Shown piece by piece: positions 1 through 11,412 of a stretch of 64,000 nucleotides of DNA. Below the pieces are notes generated by a model, which searched no databases, was not told the DNA's origin, and worked only from the letters and a program-made list of their open reading frames with translations. The DNA comes from Minutocellus sp. GHC0000111. Lineage: Eukaryota. The translations under genes and the position numbers were made by a program. The DNA lies in NCBI GenBank assembly GCA_977018835.1, contig OZ361257.1:3100001-3164000 (forward strand). Direction: 5' to 3'. The first letter of the stretch is position 1. Each line of letters starts with the position of its first letter.

Positions 1-1119
1 GTTCTTTTTCTTCTTCACCGCCTTCTTCTTGCCATCGGCACCGATTTTCTTCATGCTATTGCCACTACTGCTAAGACCACCAGTATTGCTCCGACTCAAC
101 ACATTGATGCCACTCGTCGATGAGAGGGATCTCATGGTATTATTGCTTTGAGAGGAACCGGCACTGCTACCCCCGACACCGCTGTTGCTGCTGCTACTAT
201 TGGTAGTTCCTGTCGAAACACCCCGCTTCAGAGAACGCTTCACAGGAGAATCGGCATCATCAAGTGCTCCGGCCTTTTTAGCGTCATCACCGCCCACCGC
301 ACTCTGGGAAGCGCTTGGCTTGGCATCAGCCATATTGCCGACCATAGCATCCTCTGACTCTTCATCTTCGTCGGCAGCCGATTCATAATCGAAGGGTGTC
401 GGCCGTCCGTGGACGTCGGCCATGAGCCTAGCCCTCCGATGATACTCGTCATAAGATTCCATGAACAATTTGCCCGCTTCATCATTCAAGCTGGACTCGG
501 GAAAGGGCACGATGAGGAGGCATCGGATCACAGAAAGAACGTGCGAAAATGTAGTAGTGGCCGTCCAGTCCTTTTTGAGCGTATTGACGCAAATAGCGCC
601 CGAGCTAGCCTCGACGTTGGGATGGTATATTTTGGTGAGGAAGAAACCCCGGGGAGGGGAGGCGGGGAAATCGGCCGATAGGACCAGTTTGAGCTGAAAA
701 TGCTTGCCCTCGAAGGGAGTGCCAGTGGGTCCCTCGATCTCGGCCTAAATAAATCAAAGATCGGGATGAGAGGGAGAGAGGCGGGCAGGGGTGCGGGACG
801 CAACGAAAGGATCGTGAGTGGTGCGCAAGGCAAAGGAACGTCCAAATAGATTCTCGGACAAGTGAATCGAAATCATGGTTCAGCCAGCCGCAAGCAATTC
901 ATGCTCTCAAATCAGTCAATTCCACTCGACTCGACTCGACTCGACTCTATGACTCGTACTCACCATGAGAGAGTCCAAAGAGGTGGGCATGCCTGTCTCA
1001 GGGTCAGTCACCAGCTTGATTCCATCCGGCGGGTTCGATAGCAAGCTTTTCACTTCTCTTGCCACTCTGGCCAGCGTGCGGGGGGGCAGATTCTCGGACG
1101 ATCGGGCTGCAGAGGACAT
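1..1119 (-). CDS. UBE2S: Ubiquitin-conjugating enzyme E2 S (3' end runs off the left edge); intron 745-963
   Basis: Exon 1 [26 protein letters not shown]..., GT-AG intron, exon 2 [13 protein letters not shown]...YHPNV...[12 protein letters not shown]...[23 protein letters not shown]; Lys-rich C-terminus typical of UBE2S. Confidence 0.92.
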
Positions 1120-1690
1120 GGCGGTTGTTTGGTAGATTGTCGGTGTCGGGGAAGGGCAACAGAAAAAATGGAAATCAAATCGGCGTTGTGGGTACCGCAC
1201 GGTGGGGATGAGCTGGCGACGGTGGTTAGCAGCAGGCACTAAAACTGCATTCCTGTAGTGCCCAGTTTTTCTGCTGACCACCACCTTCGCCTCCTCTCGT
1301 CTCAACTGACCAAGCCACAACCATCTGCGATTGCTGCCGTTGCAATTGCTAAGTCAGCTTACAGTACCGGCTCCCAGAGCCTGTCTCTCTCTCTCTCTCA
1401 GTAGTTAGTTAGTTTTAAATTCCCTCAAACCCACCTCCTCACCCTCCAAGAAGTTTCATTACCGCCATCGATGCTATGCGTGGGCGTGGGGATTTTTCAG
1501 TTTTTGGCGTACGTACGTACGAGTTGTACGGCATGCGGAGCAACACACCAATGATGATGATGACGATGCGATGACGAAAGTCTCACGCCAACGCTCCTTA
1601 CCTGTACGAGTAGGAATCCTACATGCGTGCCGCAGCCATATTATACATGTACTAGATCCCTTATTAAGAGTTAGTTGTCGCCAAGGCAGC

Positions 1691-3104
1691 ATGCCGTCCC
1701 GTCCCATTGCGAGTGCTGTCGCTGCACTGCTTCCACTCATTTTGGTGGGCAGTGCCTTAGAGGTGTCGGCCTACGTGCACCAGCCGTTCCAACAACAACA
1801 ACAACAACAACGTTTTGCGACTAGAGCAGTATCGGCAGCGTCTTTTCGACCGCCTGTTCCAAGAGGTAACAGCAGACATGTGCCTCAGACCGACAACAGC
1901 CGTCGACATGGGCAGAAACCACTAATGTCATCCGCGGCGCCCGATGCCGTTGCATTTCCAACGCCCAGTGGGGAACGCAGCAGCGGCAACAGCAGTGTAG
2001 GGAAGCGACAATTGAATAAGGTTCAGTCTGCTCTCACCAAAGCGGGGCTGCTCCTGTTCATAGTGGGCATGTGCATGGCGCTTCCCGTGGCCCTGCTCCC
2101 TCCGCACCTTGCCGAAAAGTTCGGCTTCATCGATCGGCTCAAGAGGGAGCAGTATGCTCTTCGTGCGGGTTGCTTCTGTTCTCGGTGGTTGATGAGGCTC
2201 ATCCCATTTGCAAATATTTCGGTCTATCCATACAGGAAGACGACCCGGAGCCAAGCGTGTGGGTTGCCAACCACACCTCAATGCTTGATATATTTTTTCT
2301 GCTCGCGACGGACAAAAAGTTGCGGGGGAAGAATCGTCGACCTATCAAAATTGTTTACTGGAAGGGTCTTGAGGACAATCCAATCACAAAGCTCCTATTT
2401 ACGCAATGCGGAATGATCCCGGTGGACATGGCTGCCAATGGCAACGGCAATGCAAACGAGTACGACAAGGGAAGCTTCAAGCGCCTGTTGAAGGATATGA
2501 AGGCTGCGTTTGCGGACGGGTTTGATATTGGTGAGTGATGGCAGGAGATGATATCGATACTAGCTACGTAGCAGCCAGCTCAAGGAGTAGAGGGAAATTG
2601 CCGAAAGCGCCACATGTGCCATTTCAATGGTACATGTGATCGTCACAATTCGCTGCTCACCTTTTCGTTTTCAATCTCTCCGCCCTGCCCTTCTCTTTGT
2701 TGTGTGTTCTCGCAGGGATCTTGCCCGAGGGCCAACTCAATCCCAACCCTTCGAAAGGGCTCCTGCCCATCTTTAGCGGCGCCTTTACATTGGCCCGAAT
2801 GAGTCGACGGCGGATTCGAATGATGGCCTTGCACGGCGTGCACAACCTCTGGCACCCACACGAGTCAATAGGCATGACGCCATCGCAGAGGGATGTGCAG
2901 GTTAGAGCTTATCCCCCAGGAAAACCATTCGAAACATCAGAAGAATTCGTAACGGTATTCAAGAAAGTTGTGGGACACTTTGGAGCTGTTGGGGATGACC
3001 TCAATGATGTGGACCAATGGCTGGATGGAACTCGGTGGGCGGAGGTACAAGCCAAGCAAGCTGAAATTGAAAAGTTGGAAAAAGATCTTGCGCGAGGGGA
3101 CTAA
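1691..3104 (+). CDS. Probably plastid-targeted PlsC/LPAAT-family acyltransferase; intron 2531-2715; apparent frameshift near 2240
   Basis: Signal peptide plus VSAY cleavage-like motif; NHTSMLD (HX4D) motif; ILPEG motif formed across the splice junction. Confidence 0.85.
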
Positions 3105-3215
3105 AAATTATGTGCCGGCCGGAACCGGTAGAGATCTAGGAATTCCTACGTAGGTACCGGTATATAGATTTTAGGAACGAACTTCGTTGTTACTAACGTG
3201 TTCTAGCTCTAGCTA

Positions 3216-3484
3216 GGAGAGGGTTTCGGTTTGAAAAAGAGAAAATTGGGCCACAAGGGCCTGATACGGAAATCCAGATTCTGAGTGAACCGCTGAAAAA
3301 AATGAACGGGGGTTTCGTAGATCGCTTATTTCGTCAACCATGCAGATGAGGGTGTTGGCCTCGTTCATTTTTTCCGGTATTAGACTAGATCTACTGCCAG
3401 AAATTGGGTCCAAGTACAAATTTTGAGGTAAAAAATACGAGCCAAAAATCGAAAAATTCTCTTTTTCACAACCGAAGTCTCTCC
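3216..3484. mobile_element. MITE, about 270 bp, imperfect TIRs GGAGAG..TTCGGTT.TGAAAAAGAGAA
   Basis: Inverted ends visible; TA on the left flank; internal similarity to the MITE at 45832-46094. Confidence 0.7.
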
Positions 3485-3663
3485 TCTAGAGATCTATATG
3501 TACCATACCAGCACTTGGTTGGACAGTCAGTCTCTCGAAGTCCTCCTCATCTCGGTGCTGTGGCGACCAGAGGTCATTGTGAATATCAGTCGAACAAGTC
3601 AAATTTCAGGAAATAGCGCGATGAGCAGCGCTCGCCAAAATAAAAGGCGCAGAACGAGGGATA

Positions 3664-3915
3664 CTGGATCTTCCCTGTTGTTGCTGCTCGCTGATCACCA
3701 TCTCCCCCGATGGAGCCAAAGCACAAGAGGAGGCATACGCGGCTGGATCTTCCCTGTTGTTGCTGATCGCTGATCCAGCATCTCCTCCGCTGTCTGTAGC
3801 CAAAGCACAAGAGGAGCCATACGCAGCTGGATTCTTCCTGTGTAGGCCTAGTTGCTGATCGCTGATCCAGCATCTCCTCCGCTGTAGCAGCGTCTGGCCA
3901 AAGCACAAGAGGAGG
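3664..3915. repeat. Three degenerate tandem copies of a unit of about 80-90 bp
   Basis: CTGGATCTTCCCTG...GCTGATC...CATCTCC...CCAAAGCACAAGAGGAG repeated from 3664, 3743 and 3827. Confidence 0.85.
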
Positions 3916-3955
3916 CAAAAGTTCACGTTGTTCCTACAAATACATAATTTTGGCA

Positions 3956-5494
3956 ATGGGTGAGACAATATCCACCCTCGTTTTCCGTCCCCCAAGGCCA
4001 ACCTACCTCAAGCCGACGCGCTACTTCTTTCTCGATGTTGATCAAGACACTCCGTTGACTTTGACATCCTCCCTCTCCTGTGTGACTAGCAGCGGCGTCG
4101 GCTGTGCTCAAACAAATGGTTCTACGCCTTCATCTAGTAGTCAGCCCCCACCGCCAACTGGTGGCCGCCACAGGATACCAGCCTTCTTCATAAAACGTCG
4201 GGACGCCACAATCACAATCCTATTTTCCCATGGAAATGCGGAAGATCTCGGCATGATGCACGAGAGAATGAAAGGAATGGCCCGAGAGCTGAATGCCAAT
4301 ATCATGTGCTATGACTACACTGGCTATGGTTATGCAACGGGTAGTCCTTCAGAAGATATGTGCTACCGCAACATTGAAAGTGCCTACTCGTATTTACGAA
4401 ACATCCTGGGAATACCAGCTTGTCAGATTGTCCTATTTGGGCGCTCCCTGGGCAGTGGTCCAAGCTGCTACCTTGCAGCAAAAACTGCACACGATGGCGA
4501 ATCGGTTGCTGGCCTCATTCTTCATTCACCTTTTCTTTCGATTTATCGCATCGTTGTCAATAGCTCGAACCTTGGAATGGTTGGAGATATGTTTCCCAAC
4601 GCAAATAGAGCGCCGGACATCAGATGTCCAACACTGATTATTCATGGAACGGAAGACACGGTGGTGCCATTTAGTCATGGTCTCGAATTATTAAATACTT
4701 TTCCAGAAGAGTATCGGACGCAACCTTTTTGGGCTGACGGCCTCGGCCACAATAATATCGAAATTTTCCTGCGCGAGATGTTTATCCAAAGATGCCGTCA
4801 TTTTCTTCAACGATATGTGTACGGCGCACAGGAAAATGGAGATGGCAAGCCTCTTATCGTACCTGTCGAGGAAAGGGCAGTCATTGACGCCTCAGACCTT
4901 TCAGAGCACCAGTTCACATTTAATCCCACGTGGATTGCTTACGGAAAGAAAGCTGGGAAGAAGCTACTGAGTCAGGCTGTTGGGTCATCATCTCAGCAGA
5001 CCCCAGAGGAATGTGATGATTATGTCGACGAGGATGACATAGACTCTCGCGACGATGACGAAAACTTGCACAGGGAGGAGACGGAAGGTGGCTGGGGAAA
5101 GAGTGCCGGTAGCCACCGTGAGGCTTGGTCGGCAGGCATGCCGTACGATAACGTTCGGGCCGTGCCAATTGGTCAAATGAGATAAGGATCGCGGGGGAAT
5201 CTTCTGGAGGAAAGAAGAGACGTCCACAACATATTTTCTGAGCAGTACGATCGCAGCGATGACGGCAACATCTACGAGGAAGAGGGCCATTCAACATATT
5301 TTGAGCGTGCCGACTGTGCGATTGCCGATGTAACTGGCCCGGATAATGATGAATATATTGGCCAATTCATGGACAATAAAAAAGGCACATGCGACGATAG
5401 AAAGCAAGACGAGCAGCAACAACTCTTCAAGAAGGGGAGGAAGTTGTTATTCAACCGAAGCAAAGGATCATCATTTGCGTCTTCATTTAGGTAG
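3956..5494 (+). CDS. ABHD17-like alpha/beta hydrolase (depalmitoylase family); acidic C-terminal tail probably continues past a frameshift to 5494
   Basis: ILFSHGNAEDLG, YDYTGYG, GRSLGSG nucleophile, IIHGTEDTVV and GHNN motifs; MG start. ORF track stops at 5185. Confidence 0.88.
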
Positions 5495-5912
5495 ATTCTA
5501 GCTACTGTAGCTAGCTAGCTAGCTACCTATTTAGGGCAAAAAAATTAATTCTTTCTCAGGCATATAGCTATCGTAGGATCCCAGACCCTCTTGGTTGGAG
5601 GCCACTTATTACAGCATGCTAAAAAGATAGCCGAGTCCAATCGTTGCGCCGAGGACGAATCCACAAGTCTGGATCCCCGATAAATGGCGATGAATGGAAT
5701 GCATGTCATGAACATCTTATATAAATTCGTTCTCAGACTAGTGGCATTCAAAACCAAGCAACTTGTATCAAAGATTCACCTGCTTTTGCGTGAAGTTTTG
5801 CCATGAATGACCAAAATATATATTACTTTATGCGGTGTTCAGTTCTCGGTAGCAAATTCAAATCTGTTGAAAATAAAATATGTATGACTGGACCAATCGA
5901 ACGTTCGGACTC

Positions 5913-7682
5913 CTACTTCTTCAAAGCCTCGAGTTTCTTGGCTTCTTTAGCGATTTCAGCCTCTGTTGCCTTGGCAGCCTGTGCGCTCTTTGTCTTGGCT
6001 TCCTCTGCGGATTTTTTCTTGGCCTGAAGCTCCTTCAATCGCGTTTCTTCTGCTTTCACTTGGGCCGCTTTCTTGGCAGCAGCAGCCTTGGCCTTTTTCT
6101 CTTGCTCAGCCTTGATCTTGCGCTGTTTCTCAGCCTTGATCTTCGCCTCCTTGGCAGCCTTCTTGGCCTTTTTGTCGGCAATCTTCTTCTGTTTTTTGGC
6201 CTCCTGTTGGCGGTGTTCGTGTTTGTGGAAGTTGTGAGAAAGAATGTGAGACACTCCCTGAATTTCAACACAAGAAATCAGACATTGTATTGCCGACCAG
6301 GCAAATCGCTTCGTAATTTGTGCCCTCAGGACCTCGATGCATGACCAACGTTTCTCGTATATGTTTTTGCGAGCTCTTTCGACAAAAAAATCAATACATC
6401 TGGGTCGTTTGTTCAGCATTTTGGATGCGCAATTGCAGACAGGTATCCACAATTCCAACAACTCAACTACATGCAACTCACCTGTGCTGCCTTCTTGTCC
6501 GCCTTCTTCTTCTTGTCCGCGGCAATCTTGGTTTCCTTCTCGACCTGATGTGGTAACCGTGGGTGGAGGATTTCGTCGGCGGGGGATTGATAGGCGGGAT
6601 TAGTCGGAAATGGATTCGTCGATGCATTTCACATAAATAAAACCACAAAAATGACGTGTTGATAACAATAACAGTGCAGTCTGGCTCCAATTATCAACGT
6701 ACCTGTTTCGTCTTCTGGGCCAACTTGTCCTCGGATTGCTTCAAAGCCTTTCCAGCAGTACTCAGAGTAGAATCAGCCGCGGTAGCCTTTCGCTTGGCAG
6801 CCGACAAAGCTTTACCCGATGCAGCCGCCTTGGTCTTGGCAGAGGCAAGCTGTGCCTCTGCATCCTTGAGGGCATCCTTGGCAATTCCTGCATACAGGAG
6901 AGGAAAGAATAATCAGAAAATACGTTAATTTTCCCGTCATGCCGAATAGCAGAGTACGAGTGCAAGAACTGGAAAGCATCACAACATACATGTTTGTGCA
7001 GTGAATTCTCTCGCCCAAAAGTTTGCTCTGCACTACACAGCCTCATAGCTATACAAGCATGAGGGGCGCGAGAAAATTCAAGTACAAAGTACAAGAATGA
7101 CTTACCAACCTTGCCGCCGAGCTGCTCAACCTGCTTGAGATCGGCGGTATTTCCCTTCGCTTTCGTGGCGGCAAGCTTGTCGTTGGTCTGCAGGAGAGTT
7201 TCCTTGGCGCTCTTGGCCTTCTTCTCAGCAGCAGCCAAGGCATCGTTGTCTCGGGAAGCAGCCTTGCTGGCATCCGCGGCGGCTTTCTTTGCCTCGTTGG
7301 CTTTGCTTTGCGTCTCCGACACCCGTGCTTTGGCTTCGGACACGGCCTTCTTCTCTGCGGCGAGTGGATCGGCAGGAGCTGCCTTCTTCGCGGGCTGAGC
7401 AGTCTTGGTGGCGACGGGAGCAGCCGTGGCAGCGTTCGCCGACTCGATCGGCAGCATCGGACCTCCAATGACCGACGATGCAAGAAGAACCGACGCGGTG
7501 AGAGTTGAGATGGCAGACTGGGCAATTCGTTCAGGACCCATCATATTATCGCCGTCGTCATGCGTGGCCATGGCGAGTGCCGATGATCCAACACCACTCC
7601 TCTGAGCAATGATGGGGGCGGGCGCAAAGGCCTGCGTGGCAGCAGGCAGGGCCAAGACGGCGAGTGCGTAACCGAGCTTCAT
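5913..7682 (-). CDS. Ala/Lys-rich coiled-coil protein with plastid and probable thylakoid-lumen presequence; exons 7682-7106, 6887-6703, 6544-6482, 6203-5913
   Basis: Signal peptide plus TQAFAP, second hydrophobic stretch ending in ANA; three in-phase GT-AG introns. Confidence 0.8.
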
Positions 7683-8081
7683 GTTCGTTTCCCTGGTGGT
7701 AGGCTAGCTTTAGCAACGCGTGCTGCAGTGAATTGCTCCTCGAGGTCCGACGGTATCGATACAACCACGGCAACCACGGCCGCACACCGCGCAGCCTCAC
7801 GACACGTCATTCATGCTAGGCCTACGTACGGCGTGCCGTAGCAGCAATGAGTAAAAAAGGAGGTCCTTATTAGGGATCTTCGGTGTGTTGAATGAACTCT
7901 GCTACGTACGTACTGCTGCGCACCTTGCTCATTTTCAACGCATTTTCAACGCATGAACGCATGGCGCCAAAAAACCGTGCCATTGCGCTACTTTGCTACA
8001 ACAATTGTTGATTGCCCCCATTGCTGAAGCGATAGTCCAAGCCAACCCTGCCGTCCTGCCGATTGATACCTCACGCCTGCC

Positions 8082-9476
8082 ATGTCTCTCTCGGACGATC
8101 ATTCGTCCGCCAAGCTGGCACTTCCATCGTCCGTGGACAAAAACGATCCTGTTTTCTCAGCTCGCTTTGGCACGATCAGCGGCACGCTTACATCCACTAT
8201 TCTCTACCACGGAAATAGCGACCATGTCCATGCCCATCGTCGCTTGGCCAACACCACCGCCCTCGGCCTTGGACTGACCGGGTTGTTTCTTGCAATCGGA
8301 CTCATAGTAGCATGGTACGGATATTTCCGCTCCATTGTAAATCCGGATGCTCGTTCTGGATTCGGAAGAGATCCACTTAGGAGAAACCGTGGAAGTCATT
8401 TGAGCTCAAATCAACAGGGCGAAGATTTTGAATATGAGCGCGAGGAGGATATCGACGATGGTGCCAGCCCCCCCGGTGGTGGAATGCGTCGCGCTAGCGA
8501 TTCTTCCGGAGACGAAGGTTGGGCAACTCAGCCGCCGCCTCCTCCTGCTGGCCTGACTAATCCCGAAGATCGTTACCGTGGATCTGCCATGACAGGTGGT
8601 AGTGACGATATATATGACGATACTCTGGGTCCAAAGGGTAGCCAGCGTTGGGACTGGGTCGATCGGTCCAACGAAGAAGAGGAAGATTATGATGACGGTG
8701 ACGGCGAAGATCGCAACGACGATGACAACGGTGGTCGACAACCATCTACATACACGTACAAACGCCAGCAACAGCAAAACCACACCAAGGCGAACAACGA
8801 CGAAATTACCTTTTCTCTACCAACACCGCGACCGCACAAAGGCAAATCCTCTTGGCGTGCTTTAAGCGAAAAGGTGGTCCAGAAAGACAATTGTGGAAGG
8901 AATGGCGACCATAAAATGCTGGGCCCTATTCAAGAAGATCCCGGCGATGCAATTCCACGCCAAAATAATCCATCAAGCGGTCTCAACGAGAGCATCGACG
9001 GGTTGCTGAAAAAATATGAAATTGGCACATCGATCAAGGACGGTATCCAGCAAGGTTTGGGCTTCCTTCGTCGCCAACCGTCGTCCGCTACTAAATCCAG
9101 TAGCAACAGCAAGTTCCCCACCACTGCTGGAGGCTTCAAGGACGCAGCGCCACAGTTGCCAGAGTTCAGAAATGCAAAGGGTGGAGGATATGCACGCAGC
9201 ACAGCGACAACATCGGCTTCCTCCCGAAGTGGACCACCAATGGGCGAGGCCGGGGTTGAGTTTTCTTTCGACGAGGAATCGTTGGGATTTGAGTCGCACT
9301 CAACTACATTCATCCTCGGCGGGTGTGCTGGCGATGATATGGAGTCGGTTGATTGGGAGGCGCAGGCAACGGAGAGAATGGAGTTGGCGAGGAAGAAGTT
9401 ATCTGCCTCAAGCGATATCCGCCGCGCTAGGAGCAAGGTAAAGTCGCAGGCCCCAATCGTAATTGGGCAGGTGTGA
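8082..9476 (+). CDS. Hypothetical single-pass membrane protein with disordered C-terminus
   Basis: 464-aa ORF with one hydrophobic helix (ALGLGLTGLFLAIGLIVAWYGYF). Confidence 0.65.
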   Translation: MSLSDDHSSAKLALPSSVDKNDPVFSARFGTISGTLTSTILYHGNSDHVHAHRRLANTTALGLGLTGLFLAIGLIVAWYGYFRSIVNPDARSGFGRDPLRRNRGSHLSSNQQGEDFEYEREEDIDDGASPPGGGMRRASDSSGDEGWATQPPPPPAGLTNPEDRYRGSAMTGGSDDIYDDTLGPKGSQRWDWVDRSNEEEEDYDDGDGEDRNDDDNGGRQPSTYTYKRQQQQNHTKANNDEITFSLPTPRPHKGKSSWRALSEKVVQKDNCGRNGDHKMLGPIQEDPGDAIPRQNNPSSGLNESIDGLLKKYEIGTSIKDGIQQGLGFLRRQPSSATKSSSNSKFPTTAGGFKDAAPQLPEFRNAKGGGYARSTATTSASSRSGPPMGEAGVEFSFDEESLGFESHSTTFILGGCAGDDMESVDWEAQATERMELARKKLSASSDIRRARSKVKSQAPIVIGQV

Positions 9477-9817
9477 TAGTACCACGGATCTGTGTTTTTG
9501 TTCATCTTTATTATTTTTCGTCTCAGATAGATGAAAGGGGGTTTCCATTCAATAATCTATCATCGTGCAGCTACTAAATCTAGCTAGCCAGAGTAAATAG
9601 CGAGAATTCGATCTACTATCAGTTGTCTACTAGCTAGGTCCGTAGCACTCCAAATCTGATCTCTAGCTAGCTGCCAGGAGGTCCTAGCTAGCTACGTGGT
9701 TGGCATTACAACGCTACAATCTTGCACTCGGTAATCCACATACTAGTACAGGCTTTCTCAATGATTTTGCCGCCACTTCCCCTGCACCAAAGCACGGACC
9801 TGACTTTTAACAGCATC

Positions 9818-10590
9818 TCAGTCCTCGTCATAATCTTCACTGGAACCATACGCGCCTCTACCCCTCCGACTGCCACCGGCTGCAAACCGTTTTACATTCA
9901 CCGAATTGACCCCAGCAGCCGAGCCCTCCAGAAGCTCAGCAGGAGGCTCAGCACCTTCAGGCAGATGCAACGCTCCATGGCCGCCCAGAACAAACTCCAA
10001 TGCCTCGAGGCTATAAAGTTTTCTGTCCCGCCCAGCTCATCGAACCCTCGCACGTGGTGATGAGCCTTGCGGTTCTTCACAACGAGGAGCGTCGGCATGA
10101 CGACGATGCCCAGCTTCTCTACGAGATAGGTTGCGCCACCACTGCCCCCGCCCTCGGCGTCGCATTGGTCAACATTGATTTTCACGAACCGCGTTTCGGG
10201 GTGCATTGGGGCCAGCTTGGCCAGGTGGGCATGGAAGATGTCGCAAATACGAGTGGTGGGGCGGTGGAAATGCACGACAACCCTCTCCGACTGCTTGCTC
10301 ATGTCGAAGAACTCCCGGGCGGCATCGGCACCATGCTGCCCCTCCCCGATGGCAGTGTATGTGCAGTGGCCCTGGGAGAGCCACTTGGACTTCTGCTCGG
10401 CCGCCTTCTTCATTTGGGCAAGTCGGCGTTCGCGGATGCGATCGAGCTCGGAGTCTGTGGCCTCGAGGAGCTGATCGTATTGATTCATTTCCTCCTGGAC
10501 GGCCGCCTCCTGCGCCTGTGCTTGGGCCAGAATCGCCCTGGCGGCGGCGTCGCCGACCACCTGGTTCGATGAGCCGTACCCGAGGTCCAT
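9818..10590 (-). CDS. TXNDC9: Phosducin-like thioredoxin-domain protein (TXNDC9/PLP3-like); apparent frameshift near 10010
   Basis: LDRIRERRLAQMK...W..QGH..Y, RVVVHF, HPETRFVKIN, LVEKLGIVVMPT, GFDELGG; the C-terminus (LEFVL...DYDED) lies in the adjacent frame. Confidence 0.85.
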
Positions 10591-11412
10591 CGTTGCTGCG
10601 GTGGTGGTGAGGGCTTTGAAAAAAAATCAAATTGCGATGATGCTTCCATCAAAAATGATGACCTGCCGGCTCGGCATTGCGATTTTTTTCTTCAGAAATC
10701 AAATCCATCCCTCTCCAGCTAGATCTACGCGATGTACCGGTGGTGGTGGTGGTGGTGTCGTCCCGCTAAGTATAGCTTAAATCTATCTATCATAATGAAA
10801 AGTTAGAACCAAACCCAATTGGATAGGTAGCCGCATTTGCATCAGTAAGAACGAATATCAATAACATAAAAAACAAGATCGCAATTGTAAACTTTGTAGG
10901 GTAAGATTGAGTGAGGGTGAGGTGGGGATCAGCATTTGTAGATCTACTCGAGGTCACGGTCTCTCCAAGCGTTGGGATTGTTGGCCGGTACGAAGCCTTC
11001 GAAGGTAGCTGCCAGATTAAGTCTGGCTGATTGGCTCCTGGTAGTTCTTCGCGGTGCGGGTGCTTCTGTGTCGTCTTCGACCGTTGCTATTACTGATGCT
11101 ACTGTAGCATTAGTAAGAGCATTGATCATGGGGGACATGGTAGCACGCTCGGTACTCCGAGTCGAACGGGGAGACAATTCGTTGACGGCTATGTACCATT
11201 GGTAGATTTACCTTACTGTACAACCATAACCATTTACATTACGTACTACGGAGGATAGATCTACTGGTAGAGTGTCAATATAACATGTAGAAATCTAATT
11301 AGGTTCGAGCGCATGCATTTTTAGATCTACATGTAGCCTACATGTAGCTACATGTAATGTAGTCTACCCTCAACTTCAACAACAAAGAACTCGCCTCGCG
11401 GCACAGGGATTC

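Noticed and set aside
10944..11177. 77-aa ORF on the minus strand
   Set aside because: No in-frame ATG at its 5' end and no recognisable motif; may be a TE or gene fragment
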